This document shows, piece after piece, positions 37,998-50,152 of a stretch of DNA of 64,000 nt. A program made the position numbers and the translations under genes. Source of the DNA: Malacoraja senta. Its lineage: Eukaryota. Under the pieces are notes generated by a model, which worked only from the letters and a program-made list of their open reading frames with translations, was not told the origin of the DNA and searched no databases. The stretch is from the NCBI GenBank assembly GCA_038087875.1, contig CM075982.1, positions 15,872,001-15,936,000 on the forward strand, written 5' to 3'. Positions within the stretch are counted from its first letter, which is position 1, and the number at the start of each line of letters is the position of its first letter.

Positions 37998-40900
37998 TAC
38001 ACAACTCCCACTTGCGTTTTCTGCCCCTTAGTGTTTCGCAGCTCTACCCATATCGATTCCACATCCTCCAAGCTAATATCCTTCCTTTCTATTGCGTTAA
38101 TCTGCTCTCTAACCAGCAACGCTACCCCACCTCCTTTCCCTTTCTGTCTATCCCTCCTGAATATTGAATATCCCTGGATGTTCAGCTCCCAGCCTTGGTT
38201 ACCCTGGAGCCATGTCTCCGTGATCCCAACTATATCATAGTCATTAATAGCTATCAGCACATTCAACTCATCCACCTTATTACAAATGCTCCTTGCATTG
38301 AGACACAAAGCCTTCAGGCTTGTTTTTACAACACGCTTACCCCTTATACAATTATGCCCTGGACTTGTCTGCCTGCCACTTTTACTTTTCACCTTGCTAC
38401 CTATTGCTTCTACCCTCATTTTACACCCCTCTGTCTCTACGCTCACACATTTAAGAAACCCTTTCCCTTTAACTCCATCCTCAACTATCCCATTCGACAC
38501 CCCACCCCCCTTATTCAGTTTAAAACCACCCGTGTAGCAGTGGCAAACCTGCCTGCCAGAATGCTGGTCCCCCACCTGTTAAGATGCAATCCGTCCCTTT
38601 TGTACAGTTCCCTTTTACTCAACTCTGTCTAACGTCAACTCTGTCTAACCCGCTCATAATTTTACAGACCTCTATCAAGTCCCCTCTTAACCTTCAGCGC
38701 TCCAAAGAATAAAGACCTAACTTGTTCAACCTTTCTCTGTAACTTAGTTGCTGAAACCCAGGCAACATTCTAGTAAATCTCCTCTGTACTCTCTCTATTT
38801 TGTTGACATCCTTCCTATAATTAGGCGACCAAAATTGTACTCCATACTCCAGAATTGGCCTCACTAATGCCTTGTACAATTTTAACATTACATCCCAACT
38901 TCTATATTCAATGCTCTGATTTATCTATCCCCTTGTCATTTAGTATCCCTCAATCAGAATTCCCCATTCGCTGCTCCAAGAAAGATAACCAAGAAGACAA
39001 TGCTGTGAAATAAAATAAAATACAAAATAAAATGCAGATTCTGGAAATCTTAAACTAAAACCAAAAGTAATGGAAACACTCAACAGGTCAGGTAGCATCT
39101 GTAGAGAGAGAAAGACAGTTAAAATGTTGAGCCCAATCTGACAAATATACCAGACCTAAACAAGTAACTGTTTCTCCATCCACAGATGCTGTCTGATCTG
39201 CTGCATGTTTCGATAGACAAAAAAATGCTGGAATTACTCAGCGGGACAGGCAGCATCTCTAGATAGAAGGAATGGGTGACGTTTTGGGTCAAGATCCTTC
39301 TTCAGACTGACTTCTTCTACAACAGACCTACTCTAATTAAATGTTGTTCTCTCCACACACTCCCATCAATTCACCCGCCTCCCAAATCAAACCACTCACC
39401 TGCAGAGTAGGGACAATTTGGAGAGGCCACTTATTCTACCAATTCGCATGCCCTTGGGATGCGTGAGGAAATGGGATCACCCAGAAGGAGCCTGTGTAGG
39501 GGCAGGTAGAGCACAGGTACCACCAGAGGTCAGCATTGAACAGTGTGGTGGAGGCAGTGGCTCCACCAGTTGAGCCACTGTGCCACCCAAGCATAAAATG
39601 GCAGATGAGGTCCCATCCCTTGTCCTATCCCTACATGGCTAGGATGAGTTTGAAGGGATATGGACCACATACAGGCAGGTGGGACTAGTGTAGCTGGGAC
39701 AAGTTGGCCATTGTGTATATGACTCTATGAAGACCAGAATCAGGAAGCAGGACAGGCTGACATCGGCAGCATGTGTGCAATTAGTCGGAGATCTCAGGAG
39801 GTGACGAACAACGGTCTGAGGAAAGTTAGCAACCACACGGATGTCTAGTTAATCGTAGGTGGATCAGAATCATGGAGGTTGCAATGTGGGCTGCAATGTA
39901 AATCAGAGCTGGAGACAGTCAGCGAGCAAAGCGACGTGGGTGTGGAAGTAAGATCTGAAATCCTTAATAATCTTATCAACTGCAAAGTGTACGTCAAAAT
40001 AACACTTTTTTAAAATCAAGACACCTCTTTAAATCACATAGGTGTTGAGGGTGAAAAACAATTCCCTCCCACGCCAAAGACTATTATGGAAGCCATTGTG
40101 CACTGTGCCCACATGGAGCCTAATTGTGCCGGCTACACAGGTAAGTGCACAGCGCCACCCACCCGACTAATGTTTATGAATGTCGGGTGGATACACCCTA
40201 CACACTGAGTATTCCAGAGCAACTACAGCCTCCGTTTTATTCCCTCAGCTGCTGTAGTGCTTTTATAACTGCAGGAAATGTGCTTTCTTCATTCAATGTC
40301 TCTGAGATGCAGATGGGGGTCATTTAACAATTATCTGTATGCAAATTAATGGTAACAAAGATTAATTCTTTGATAAGAATGTTTTGCAACTCCATAAACA
40401 AAGTGCCTGTTTTATCAATGGTAAAAGAACAAGATACAACACTCCCCATAAATTTTAATTGTCAATTCGTCAAAATATAACATCCTACAATGATCATAGT
40501 GGAAAATCTTTGATCTTGCTTGTCCTTATCGCCTACACTTAGTGTCATACTTTTATCCTCCTGAGCTGGCTCATTGCTCAATCAGTGTGGCTGCTCCCAA
40601 ACCTTCAATGGATGCACATTGGTTTGACTTCTCAAATGCAACACCTCATACTTATCTGCATTAAACTCCATGAACCCCACTTGCCCGACTGATCAAGATC
40701 CTGCTGCAATTTTTGATGACCATTTTCGCTCTCTATGATACCACCCACTGTAGTGTCTTCCCCATATTTACCAATCATGCCTTCTACACTTTCATCCAAA
40801 TCTCGAATCTCTACCAATGGTGAATGTCTTCACTTTGCCTGTATCTGAAATATCCTTTCGACGATTCCACTCCAAGGAGTGGGGTCAAGGGCAACTCTTG

Positions 40901-42109
40901 TTTAGATGCATTAAAGGTTAAGCATCATGATCTCTGGGATAGTTGGATATGGTCGATACAGTGGAGAAGGACCTCACATTTGTTTAATGCACCATTTTAA
41001 TGTCCTGATCTTCTTGAGGAGCTTGTGGCAATGGCATCATGATGCTTAACCCACTGCATTTCACCTCCAACCGCACTGCCTGGTCCCTCTTTCCATGAGG
41101 AAAACATGTTAAATTTCCTGCAGAAGATACAGAGTGCTGGAGTAGCTTCCGACTTTCTTTCCCAACTGCCTTCCCATACAATCAGTATGCAGAAGGGTCC
41201 CGACCCGAAAAGTCACATATCCATGTTCTCCTGAGATGCTGCCTGACCTGCCGTGCTCGCCCAGAACACTGTGTCTTCCTTTTGTTAACCAATGTCTGCA
41301 GTTCTAGATCTCCTGAGGAAGTGGGGGCATTGGTATTCTTCCATGGCATAAGATTCAAGAGAGTTTTATTGTCATGTATCCCTGATAGGACAATGAAATT
41401 CTTGCTTTGCTTCAGCACAACAGGACATAGTAGGCATGACTACAGAACAGATCAGTGTGTCCATATACCATTGTATAAATATATACACACATGAATAAAT
41501 AAACTGATGAAGTGTAAATAACAGATAATGGGCTATTAATGTTCAGAGTTTTGTCCGAGCCAAGTTTAATAGCCTGATGGCTGTGGGGAAGTAGCTATTC
41601 CTGAACCTGGTTGTTGCAGTCTTCAGGCTCCTGTTTCTAATGTTATTTATTGTTATTGTGGTAGGAACAGGTCAAATTGATGGTGATGTTTATCCCCAGG
41701 ATCTTGAACCTCTCAACTATCTCCACCAGCACCTTTGATGCAGACTGAGTTGTGTGCACCATTCCACATCCATGACTAGCTCCTTGATTTTGCTGACATC
41801 GAAAGGAGAAGTGTTCTAGATTAATATTTATCTCTTAACCTACAGCTCTAACAGAGATAGACACAAAAAGCTGGAGTGTCATCACCGTCTCTATCTGTTT
41901 CCCTTATCACCAACCAGTTTGAACATGCGGGTCTCGACCCGAAAAGTCACCCACTCCTTCTCTCCAGAGATGGTGCCTGTCCTGCTGAGTTACTCCAGCA
42001 TTTTGTGTCTATTTTCAGAGTAATTATTGAATGTGTTCAGCCATGATCACAGTGAATGGCGGTGCTGGCTCGAAGGATCGAATGATCTATTCCTGCACCT
42101 ATTGTCTAT

Positions 42110-42968
42110 AGGGAGGTTTCACGAAAGGTCACCGGTTCAAAGTGCTTGACGCAAGGGGCCTCTCAATCCATCTGGAAGACACCCGTCACTTCCGGTATAT
42201 GTTATTAATGCAAGAAACACGTACTTTCCTACCCGTTAAAAAGCGCTAAAATAGTGGATTTTTTCGCTGTAAAAAATTGTGGAAGTCGGGGTAAGTGTGA
42301 GAGACATGTACCCAACTTCAGAATTCCAAAAGTGAAGCGAAATGAAGGTAAAGAGAAGCGAGAGCTGAAGGGACAGTAACAGCTAAAGTGCTTGGCGAAC
42401 ATTGGCCGTGCAGATATCGGAATTGAAAATATCGGGATTTATCGCGTTTGTTCGCTGCATTTCATTAACAGTAAGGCATTATTTGTTTTGTTTTTTATTT
42501 CTTTGGTATCTAAAAAGTCTCAGAAGTGGTAAATCTGGTTGTAAATTTTGCTTCAGAGGCGTTTTATTTTTGTATGTAAAAACCCACGAGAACCAGATTT
42601 ATCCCTTCTGAAACTTTTTAGATGCGAAAGGAATCAAGAAAAAACACAAATAATGCCTTAGTTGATGAAATGCAGTGAGCAAACGGCCAATGTTCGCCAA
42701 TGTTGTCCTTTCAGCTCTCGCTTCTATCTACCGTCATTTCTCCTCACTTTTTGAATTCTGAAGTTGGCTAAATGTCTCTCACGCTTATCCCGATTTCCAT
42801 AATTATTTACAGCGCAAAAATTGACCATTTCGGCGGGTTTTAACGGGCCCGCTACACTGGAAACAATGGTAAGTGCTTCCCTGCAGTTCATCGCGTGTAA
42901 TCCATTTGGCGTAGCATAGCAACAATACGGGTCATGGGGTCGTGACCCGACTGCCGTGAAACCTCCCT
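42110..42968. mobile_element. Palindromic non-autonomous DNA transposon (ISL2EU-like ends)
   Basis: TIR agggaggtttcacg...cgtgaaacctccct; 2-bp AT duplication restores gtctattgt; long diverged internal inverted repeat 42232-42570 vs 42600-42848. Confidence 0.75.
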
Positions 42969-43409
42969 ATTGTAAACCAGCCTCTGCAGTTCCCTCCTAA
43001 ATATTAACTATACAAATGCAACTTTACACAAATGATCTGTGATTGCAAATGCAGTTTGACTTTACAATATGGGTCGATGTTTGCCTTTATGAATTCTGCT
43101 AATCAAAAGAGTATAGGCATGCTTGGAGTCGGGATTTGTTCAGTTTGCATCAATGAGAGACTGCAGTTCAAACTGCAATGGTCACTCACTGGGCGCCCCA
43201 TGTCTCAACAGCACCATCTGCTGCCCAAGTGCAGCATCACAGACCCAGCATTTTTCTCACAGGCAGAGAGGTTTCCTCTCTCTCCATCAGAGAACTTTTA
43301 TTATTTGTGTAAGAAGGAACTGCAGATGTTGGTTTAAACCGAAGATAGACTCAAAAAAGCTGGAGTAACTCAGCGGGACAGGCAGCATCTCTGGAGAGAA
43401 GGAATGGGT

Positions 43410-43437
43410 GACGTTTCAGGTCAAGACCCTTCTTCAG
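43410..43437 (-). ncRNA. Minimal hammerhead core in a PLE repeat (43306-43440)
   Basis: Reverse complement ggt-CTGAAGAA GGGTC TT GACCT GAAACGTC-acc, with a 3-bp helix I ggt/acc. Confidence 0.55.
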
Positions 43438-43445
43438 ACCGGTTG

Positions 43446-43840
43446 GTTTAGTTTAGTTTAGAGATGCTGCGCAGAAACAGGTCCTTTGGCCCATCGAGTC
43501 CATGCCATCCAGTGATCCCCTTACAATAGCACTATCTTACACACTCGGGACAATTTACTTTTTTTTAAACTGAAGCCAATTAAACCTGGACAGACACAAA
43601 ACGCTGAAGTAACTCAGCGGGACAGGCAGCATCTCTGGAGAGTACTATCTTCGATTTAAACCAGGATATGCAGTTCTTTCCTACCAATTAAACCTCTTTG
43701 AAGTTTGGGAGGAAACCGGAGCACCCAGAGAAAATCCACGCAGTCATAGGGAGAATGTACAAACTCCGTGTTCGAACCCGGGTACCTGTCCGCTGTAAGG
43801 CAGCAACTCTACCGCTGCGCCAACGTGCCACCACTGCCCT
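43446..43840 (-). mobile_element. HE1-type SINE interrupted by a fold-back PLE repeat (about 43590-43685)
   Basis: Consensus match on both sides of the insertion. Confidence 0.75.
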
Positions 43841-45009
43841 TGTCTTGTGTGAGGGCTGTACTCCTTTCATCAGTCCTTGTATTTCAGATTTTCAGCAACT
43901 GCTGTATTTTGCTTTTTTTTTAAACATAGTTGCCTTAACTTATTTAGTATTTTAGATTTGAAATACTCAGTGAGACCCTTTGGCTAATGTTTTACTTTGT
44001 AAACTCTAAAATGGAACTTTTGTTTGCAGTGATGCAAGGTGGAACATAGTGAAGACGCAAGGGACAATGATATTTCATATGAGACAAAAGGGGACTATTC
44101 TGACCGTTTCCCCACTTTTCACGCCCTCCCTTCTAACTTACTGCAAGGCACTGCGGAGCAAGGGAGAGAGCCGCCAAGACGGTCCATGCTCGCCCCCCGC
44201 GGCTGAACGCAAGACCCGGTGGACCGCGACCCATATGCCGGCCCCTGCTCAGCCTCCGAAGACCGGAAGGATGGAGCCGGTGACAGTGAGGGATGCAATG
44301 GGTGAGGAGCAGGGCTTGTAGGAGAGGGAACCTCTATTGTGTTGGACTTTATTTTTAAGCAAACGATCACAGGACATTGAGAAAATTGTAGCATGTGGAC
44401 TTATTTGAAAATAAATCGCGATGCATCAAGGGTTCACCAGATTGATTCCCGGATAAGGGAAGAATGAGATGTGACCTCGTTGAAACATGCTAAATTCCTA
44501 ATGGACTTGGCAGGTTAGAGACTGGGGAATGGGGAAAGGAGTGGGAGCCACTGGGGTGGGGATCAGCTTGTTCAGAAAATGTCAAAAAGGATGGGTAGGC
44601 TGAGAGGAAAACTGGAATCTGGCATCAGGCAATGGAAAAACAAAACACAAAAGAAGAGCTAGTATTGAACAAGATTAAGAACATGCAAGTACAGTGCAAT
44701 GTACCGGTGCTACATTGGACAGGCTTAAAGCTTTGGAGTTCCCTCAATGCATCCTCCTCACACCTCCTGTCCTACCCTTAGTATTTCATCAAAAAACACC
44801 TCAATCATATAAACATAATCAGTTAACACAGCAATCATGTTGCACAACAATTTTAGAGTTACTTGAAGCTTTCTCAGAACTTTAACAGTAGTTTCCCTTT
44901 GTTTAATTCTCAATTAGTATTTAAATTGAATAATTTTGTATTTTAGTTGAAATATCTTACAGATAGAGAGTGCTGGAAGTTTCTCTGAACTGATGCCACT
45001 CTCAGTGAT

Positions 45010-45445
45010 GAGGCCTCTCTCAGTCCTGGAGTATCTCAGTCCCGGAGTCTCACAGTGATGGAGCCGTTCCCAGTGCTGTAGTCTCTCCCAATGCCGGAGC
45101 CTCTCAGTCCTGAAGTCTCTCTCAGACCCAGAGCCTCTCCTGACCTGGAGTCTCTCACAGTGAAGGAGTACCTCAGACCCGGAGCCTCTCCCAGACCTGG
45201 AGTCTCTCTCAATGCCGGAGTCCTGGAATATCTCGGTCCTGGAGTCTCTCCCGTTCCCGGAGTCTCTCCCAGTCCCGGAGTCTCTCCCAGTCCAGGAGTC
45301 TCTCTCAATGCTGGAGTCTCTTTAGTCCTGGAGTATCTCAGTCCCGGAGTCTCTCCCGTTCCCGGAGTCCCTCCCTGTACAGGAGTCTCACTCGGTTTCT
45401 CTTCCAGCGATGGAGCCTCTCTCAGTCCCAGAGACTCTCTCAATC
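45010..45445. repeat. 18-bp-unit minisatellite (cccggagtctctcccagt)
   Basis: Tandem degenerate units; open frames on both strands (PGVSPS / ETPGLG). Confidence 0.8.
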
Positions 45446-46229
45446 TGCTTCCTTCAGATCAGGAGTGCGGTTTGGAGATTAACTGGTTCAATGTCTGATT
45501 TATAACCATCGTGTAAATAAAGCTATTCATTCTTAAATAAACAAGTATTACATCACTCACCCATTCTCGGCTTTCACCATTTTGTAAACATTGCTGATTT
45601 GTATCCATTTCCTTTCACATCAAAGGGTTGATAGTCACAGTAATGAAAGGCCGAGTTCTGGATTAATTTGAAAAGTGACAGGTTTTAGTACTGGGTTACA
45701 ATACCTCGCACGTTAATGCCAAGCAGTCTGTTGGAGAAGAAATTATGCCTCTCCATTCTGCCTCAGAAGAATCGTGCCTGCAGGGAGTGGGCATTAGGTA
45801 AGTGTGCCAACTCTCGCTGGACGTGGAAGTGGTAGACAGTGAGAGAATGGGAAACAGGCAGAGAGGGGAATGGATAGGGGTGGAGGGCGTCCACTGTAGA
45901 ATGAGATTCAGGACAATGCTATTCTATGGTTGAGGAATGGGGGTGAGGAGTGAGATTGGAATGAGGACCAAGGCCAGGAGTGATGGAGTCTGGGGAGTGG
46001 AGTCAGCAGTGAGGGAGGCTGGGGAATGGGGAGGGAATGGGGAGAGGAGTGAGGAAGACTGATGTATGCTGAGAGGAGTGTGGGAGACTCGGGAAAGGGT
46101 TTGGGTTGTGAGAGAGACTGGGTGGATGGAGATGAGCTTGCTCAGAGAATGTTAGCAAGGATGGATAGGCTGAGAGGAAAACTGTGGAATCTGGCATCAG
46201 GCAAAGGAAAAAAAAATAAGGAAAGATAG

Positions 46230-47035
46230 TATTGAATAGTTTTGAACGAGAATATGAGTCCTTCAATGAGAACATGCATGTAACAGTGCAATTTGTTGGT
46301 CCTGCATCACACAGTTTCCCCATGATAAGTGTAGTGAAGCAAGACTGCATCCTAGCTCCCACTCTGTTCAGCATCTTCCTATCTGCCCTTATAGAGTCAT
46401 AGAGTGATACAGTGTGAAAACAGGCCCTTCAGCCCTACTTGCTCACACCAGCCAACATGTCCCAGCTACACTAGTCCCACCTGCCTGCGCTTGGTCCATA
46501 TCCCTCCAAATTTGTCCTATCCATGTACCTGTCTAGCTGTTTCTTAAACGTTGGGATAGTTCCAGCCTCAACTACCACCTCTGGCAGCTTGTTCCATACA
46601 CCCACCACCCTTTGTGTGAAAAAGTTACCCTTCAGATTCCTATTAAATCTTTTCCCTTCACCTTGAACCTATGTCCTTGATTCCCCTACTCTGGGCAAGA
46701 GATTCTGTGCATCTACCCGATCTACTCCTCTCATGATTTTATATGCCTCTATAAGTTCACCCTCATCCTCCTGCGCTCCAAGGAATAGAGACCCAGCCTA
46801 CACAACCTCTCCCTACTGCTCACACCCTCTGGTCCTGGCAACATCCTTGTAAATCTTCTCTGAACCCTTTCAAGCTTGACAATATCTTTTCTATAACATA
46901 GTGCTCAGAACTGAACACAATATTCTAAATGCGGTCTCACCAACGCCCGATAAAACCCTTCTGTCCTTTGCCTTCCCGACAGACATACCAGAAGCGACAG
47001 GAAGCTCTTCAATCTAGCAGGGTTGAAAGTCAACA
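46230..47035 (+). mobile_element. RTE/BovB-like RT fragment split by a CR1 3' fragment (46393-46946, -)
   Basis: SFNENMHVTVQF...VKQDCILAPTLFSIFL before the insert; RKLFNLA-like after it. Confidence 0.65.
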
Positions 47036-47081
47036 TGCCATTCCCTACATGTAATGTGCCTTTAATAAAATAAAATATTTA

Positions 47082-47390
47082 GGCGGCATGGTGGTGCAAC
47101 AATAGAGTTGCTGCCTTACAGTGCTTACAGTGCCAGAGACCTGGGTTCGATCCCGACTGCGGGCGCTGCCTGTACGGAGTTTGTACGTTCTCCCTGTGAC
47201 CGTGTGGGTTTTCTCTGAGATCTTCGGTTTCCTCCCACACTCCAAAGAAGTACAGGTTTGTAGGTTAATTGGCTTGGTATTGTCCCTGTCTGTGTAGGAC
47301 AGTGTTTAATGTGAGGAGATTGCTGGTCTGTGCGGACTCGGTGGGCCGAAGGGCCTGTTTTCACACTATACCTCTAAACTAAACTAAAAA
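47082..47390 (+). mobile_element. HE1-type SINE
   Basis: Full head with A and B boxes, core and (taaac)n tail. Confidence 0.85.
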
Positions 47391-47399
47391 CTAGATCTA

Positions 47400-48350
47400 A
47401 AAGCCTCTTTAATGCCACCATCATGTCTACCTCCGCCACCACTCTTGGCAACGCCTTCCATGCATTCACCGCCTCTGTCTGAAAAAACTTGCCCTGCATG
47501 CCTCCTTTCAACTTTCCTCCTCTCATAAAGCTGTGCTCGCTGGTCTTTGACATTTCCACCTTAGGAAAAAGTTCTGACCGTCTATCTTATCTATGCCTCT
47601 CATAATTTAAAATACTTCTCTCAGGTCTCCCCTCGACTTCCAACATTCCAGAGAGAACAATCCAAGTTTGTCCAACCTCTCCTTATCGCTAACATACTCT
47701 AATGCAGGTAGTTTTCTGGTAAACCTCTGCTGCATCCTCTCAAAAGCCTCCATGTCATTTCTGTAAAGGGGTGACTAAGATTACACGTAATACTCCAAAT
47801 GCAGCCTAATCAAAGTCCTATAAACATAGAAACATAGAAAATAGGTGCAGGAGCAGGCCATTCGGCCCTTTGAGCCTGCACCACCATTCAATATGATCAT
47901 AGCTAATCATCCAACTCAGTATCCTGTACCTGCCTTCTCTCCATACCCCCTGATCCCTTTAGGCTCAAGGGCCACATAAACTCTAAAAAGGCCACATCTA
48001 AATATAGCCAATGAACTGGCCTCAACTACCTTCTGTGGCAGAGAATTCCAGAGATTCACCACTCTCTGTGTGAAAAATGTTTTTCTCATCTCGGTCCTAA
48101 AAGATTTCCCCTTTATCCTTAAACTGTGACCCCTTGTTCTGGACTTCCCCAACATCGGGAACAATCTTCCTGCATCTAGCCTGTCCAACCCCTTAAGAAT
48201 TTTGTAAGTTTCTATAAGATCCCCCCTCAATCTTCTAAAGCTGCAACATGAAGTCCTGACTCTTATACATTATGCCCCAACCAATGAAGGCAAGCATACC
48301 TTACACCTTCTTTACCACTACTTGTGTTGCCACTTTCAGGAGCTATGGAT
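47400..48350 (-). mobile_element. Older CR1 fragment with a younger CR1 3' end nested at 47823-48238
   Basis: RGDLIETYKILKGLDRLDA...FFTQRVVNLWNSLP; (catagaaa)n tail. Confidence 0.85.
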
Positions 48351-48480
48351 TCCTTGCACATTCATGTGCCTATTTAAAAAGCCTCTTAAGTCACTATTGT
48401 ACCTGCTTCCACCGCCACCACTGTCAGTGTTCCAGGCTCCTACCACACTCTGACAAAAACTTGCTCTGCACATTTCTTCA

Positions 48481-48790
48481 GACTTTACTTTAGAGATACA
48501 GAACAGAAACAGGCCACATCGACCCACCGAGTCCACGCCGACCAGCGATTACTCCGCACACTAACACTATCCTACACACTAGGGACAATTTACAATTTTA
48601 CCAAAGCCAATTAACCTACAAATCTGTATGTCTTGGGAGTGTGGGAGGAAACCAGAGAACCCAGAGAAAATCCATGCAGATCACGGGGAGAACATACAAA
48701 CTCCATACAGACAGCACCCATAGTCGTGATCGAACCCGGGTCTCTGGCGCTGTAAAGCAACAACTCTATCGTTGTGCCACTGTGCCACCC
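48481..48790 (-). mobile_element. HE1-type SINE
   Basis: Consensus match. Confidence 0.85.
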
Positions 48791-49494
48791 TTTAAAATTT
48801 CCACCTTTCACTTAAAAGCCATGTCCTCTGGTCTTTGACGTTTCCACACTGCAAAAATGTTGTTGTGATAGATCCATTATTGTACTTCCAACAAGCTTTG
48901 GTGGTCCAGCTACAAAAATATGGATGCAACATGAGTTAGGCCACAAATTCAGAATGCTGGTTGGATCTTGAGTCACATTCTTTGCATGTGTCCCTGAAGC
49001 CAGCAGTCACCCGCCTCCTATCTCACTGGAGAATGCAGCTGGTGGCTCCCATTCAGCCAATTTGATTTGATGAATTAACTGCATTAACCAACAGGCCAGT
49101 TGGATTTATACCACAAGGTTATCATTAAACACAAGCACCGTGACCTATTTCCTGCTGGAGAGAATGATGGCACACGACAGTTCATTTGATGGATTATTCT
49201 GGCGGGATGAAGGTCTGATTATATTTACTGATGAAGTAACGTTATTATTTTAATTTCTAATTGAGCAGCCTAATGACCCGCTGTACAGTGTCTGATAGCC
49301 ATTATCTAACAGTACACACACCAGTCGGGCACTAACAATACGCTTGCCTGTGAACTAAGAAACAGACTTGGATTAAATCATATTGATGTAGGTTGGTCAG
49401 ACAGGGAAAGGCTTGCCAGTTAGAATGAGAGCACGGCCAATAATCGGTTACTCCATGCACTGGAGATCTCAGAATGACGTGTTGATAAGATGCT

Positions 49495-49606
49495 CAGTGA
49501 GTGAGTGAGTTATTGAGTGAGTCAGAGAGAGCGTGAGTGAGTGAGTGAGTGAGTGAGTGAGTGAGTGAGTGAGTGAGTGAGTGAGAGAGAGAGAGAGAGA
49601 GAGAGA
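49495..49606. repeat. (GTGA)n(GA)n microsatellite
   Basis: Directly visible. Confidence 0.95.
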
Positions 49607-49854
49607 TAAACTAACAGAAAAGATGCTGAGATGGGGAATAGTAATCCAACTGAGACCTCGCCTACGGAGCAGGGTGGAGTCTGGCAAGTGGCTGGTTGCT
49701 CTAAGATGCAACCCTAATATATAATTGGAGCACCTTTCCCCTCGTGTAGAACAATCTGTCCGGCAATGCGACAAGTAGGGAGCTGGTTCAGAGGGAGAGC
49801 TTGCTGTTACCATTTTGGACTTGAAACCTGGATTTGATCAGCAGTACAGTAGGG

Positions 49855-50152
49855 TGGGACAGTGGCACAGTGGTAGAACAGCTGCCTTACAGCACCAGAG
49901 ACCCGGGTTCGATCCTGACTATGGGTGCTGTGTGTGCGGAGTTTGTATATTCTCCCAGTGACCATGTGGGTTTTCTCTGGCTGCTCCGGTTTCCTCCCAG
50001 ACTCCAAAGGCGTACAGGTTCGTAGGTTAATTGGCCTCTGTAAATTGTCCCTAGTGTGTGGGATAGAACTAGAGCATGGGTGACCTTTGGTTGGCGGCGT
50101 GGACTTGGTGGGCCGAAGTACCTGCTTCCGCTGCATCTCTAAACTAAACTAA
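49855..50152 (+). mobile_element. HE1-type SINE, with an inverted partial copy at 50397-50592
   Basis: Consensus match; gggttcgatcc B-box. Confidence 0.85.

Larger units (their letters stand above)
34163..38618 (-). mobile_element. CR1 LINE with ORF1 esterase C-terminus and near-complete ORF2 (APE endonuclease + RT)
   Basis: ORF1 end LYKRDGLHLNRWGTSILAGRF (DxxH, SGNH-type); GITETW, MGDFN, SDH; 663-aa ORF 34844..36835 with [11 protein letters not shown] and FADD; (catagaaa)n tail. Confidence 0.96.
33811..38925 (-). mobile_element. CR1 3' fragment (33811-34162 plus about 38620-38925) hosting a younger CR1
   Basis: (taaccata)n tail; FFTQRVVAVWNELP; LYKALVRPILEYGVQFWSP resumes after the insert. 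Confidence 0.85.

Noticed and set aside
47082-47160. tRNA gene
   Set aside because: tRNA-derived SINE head that continues into the HE1 core; no complete cloverleaf.
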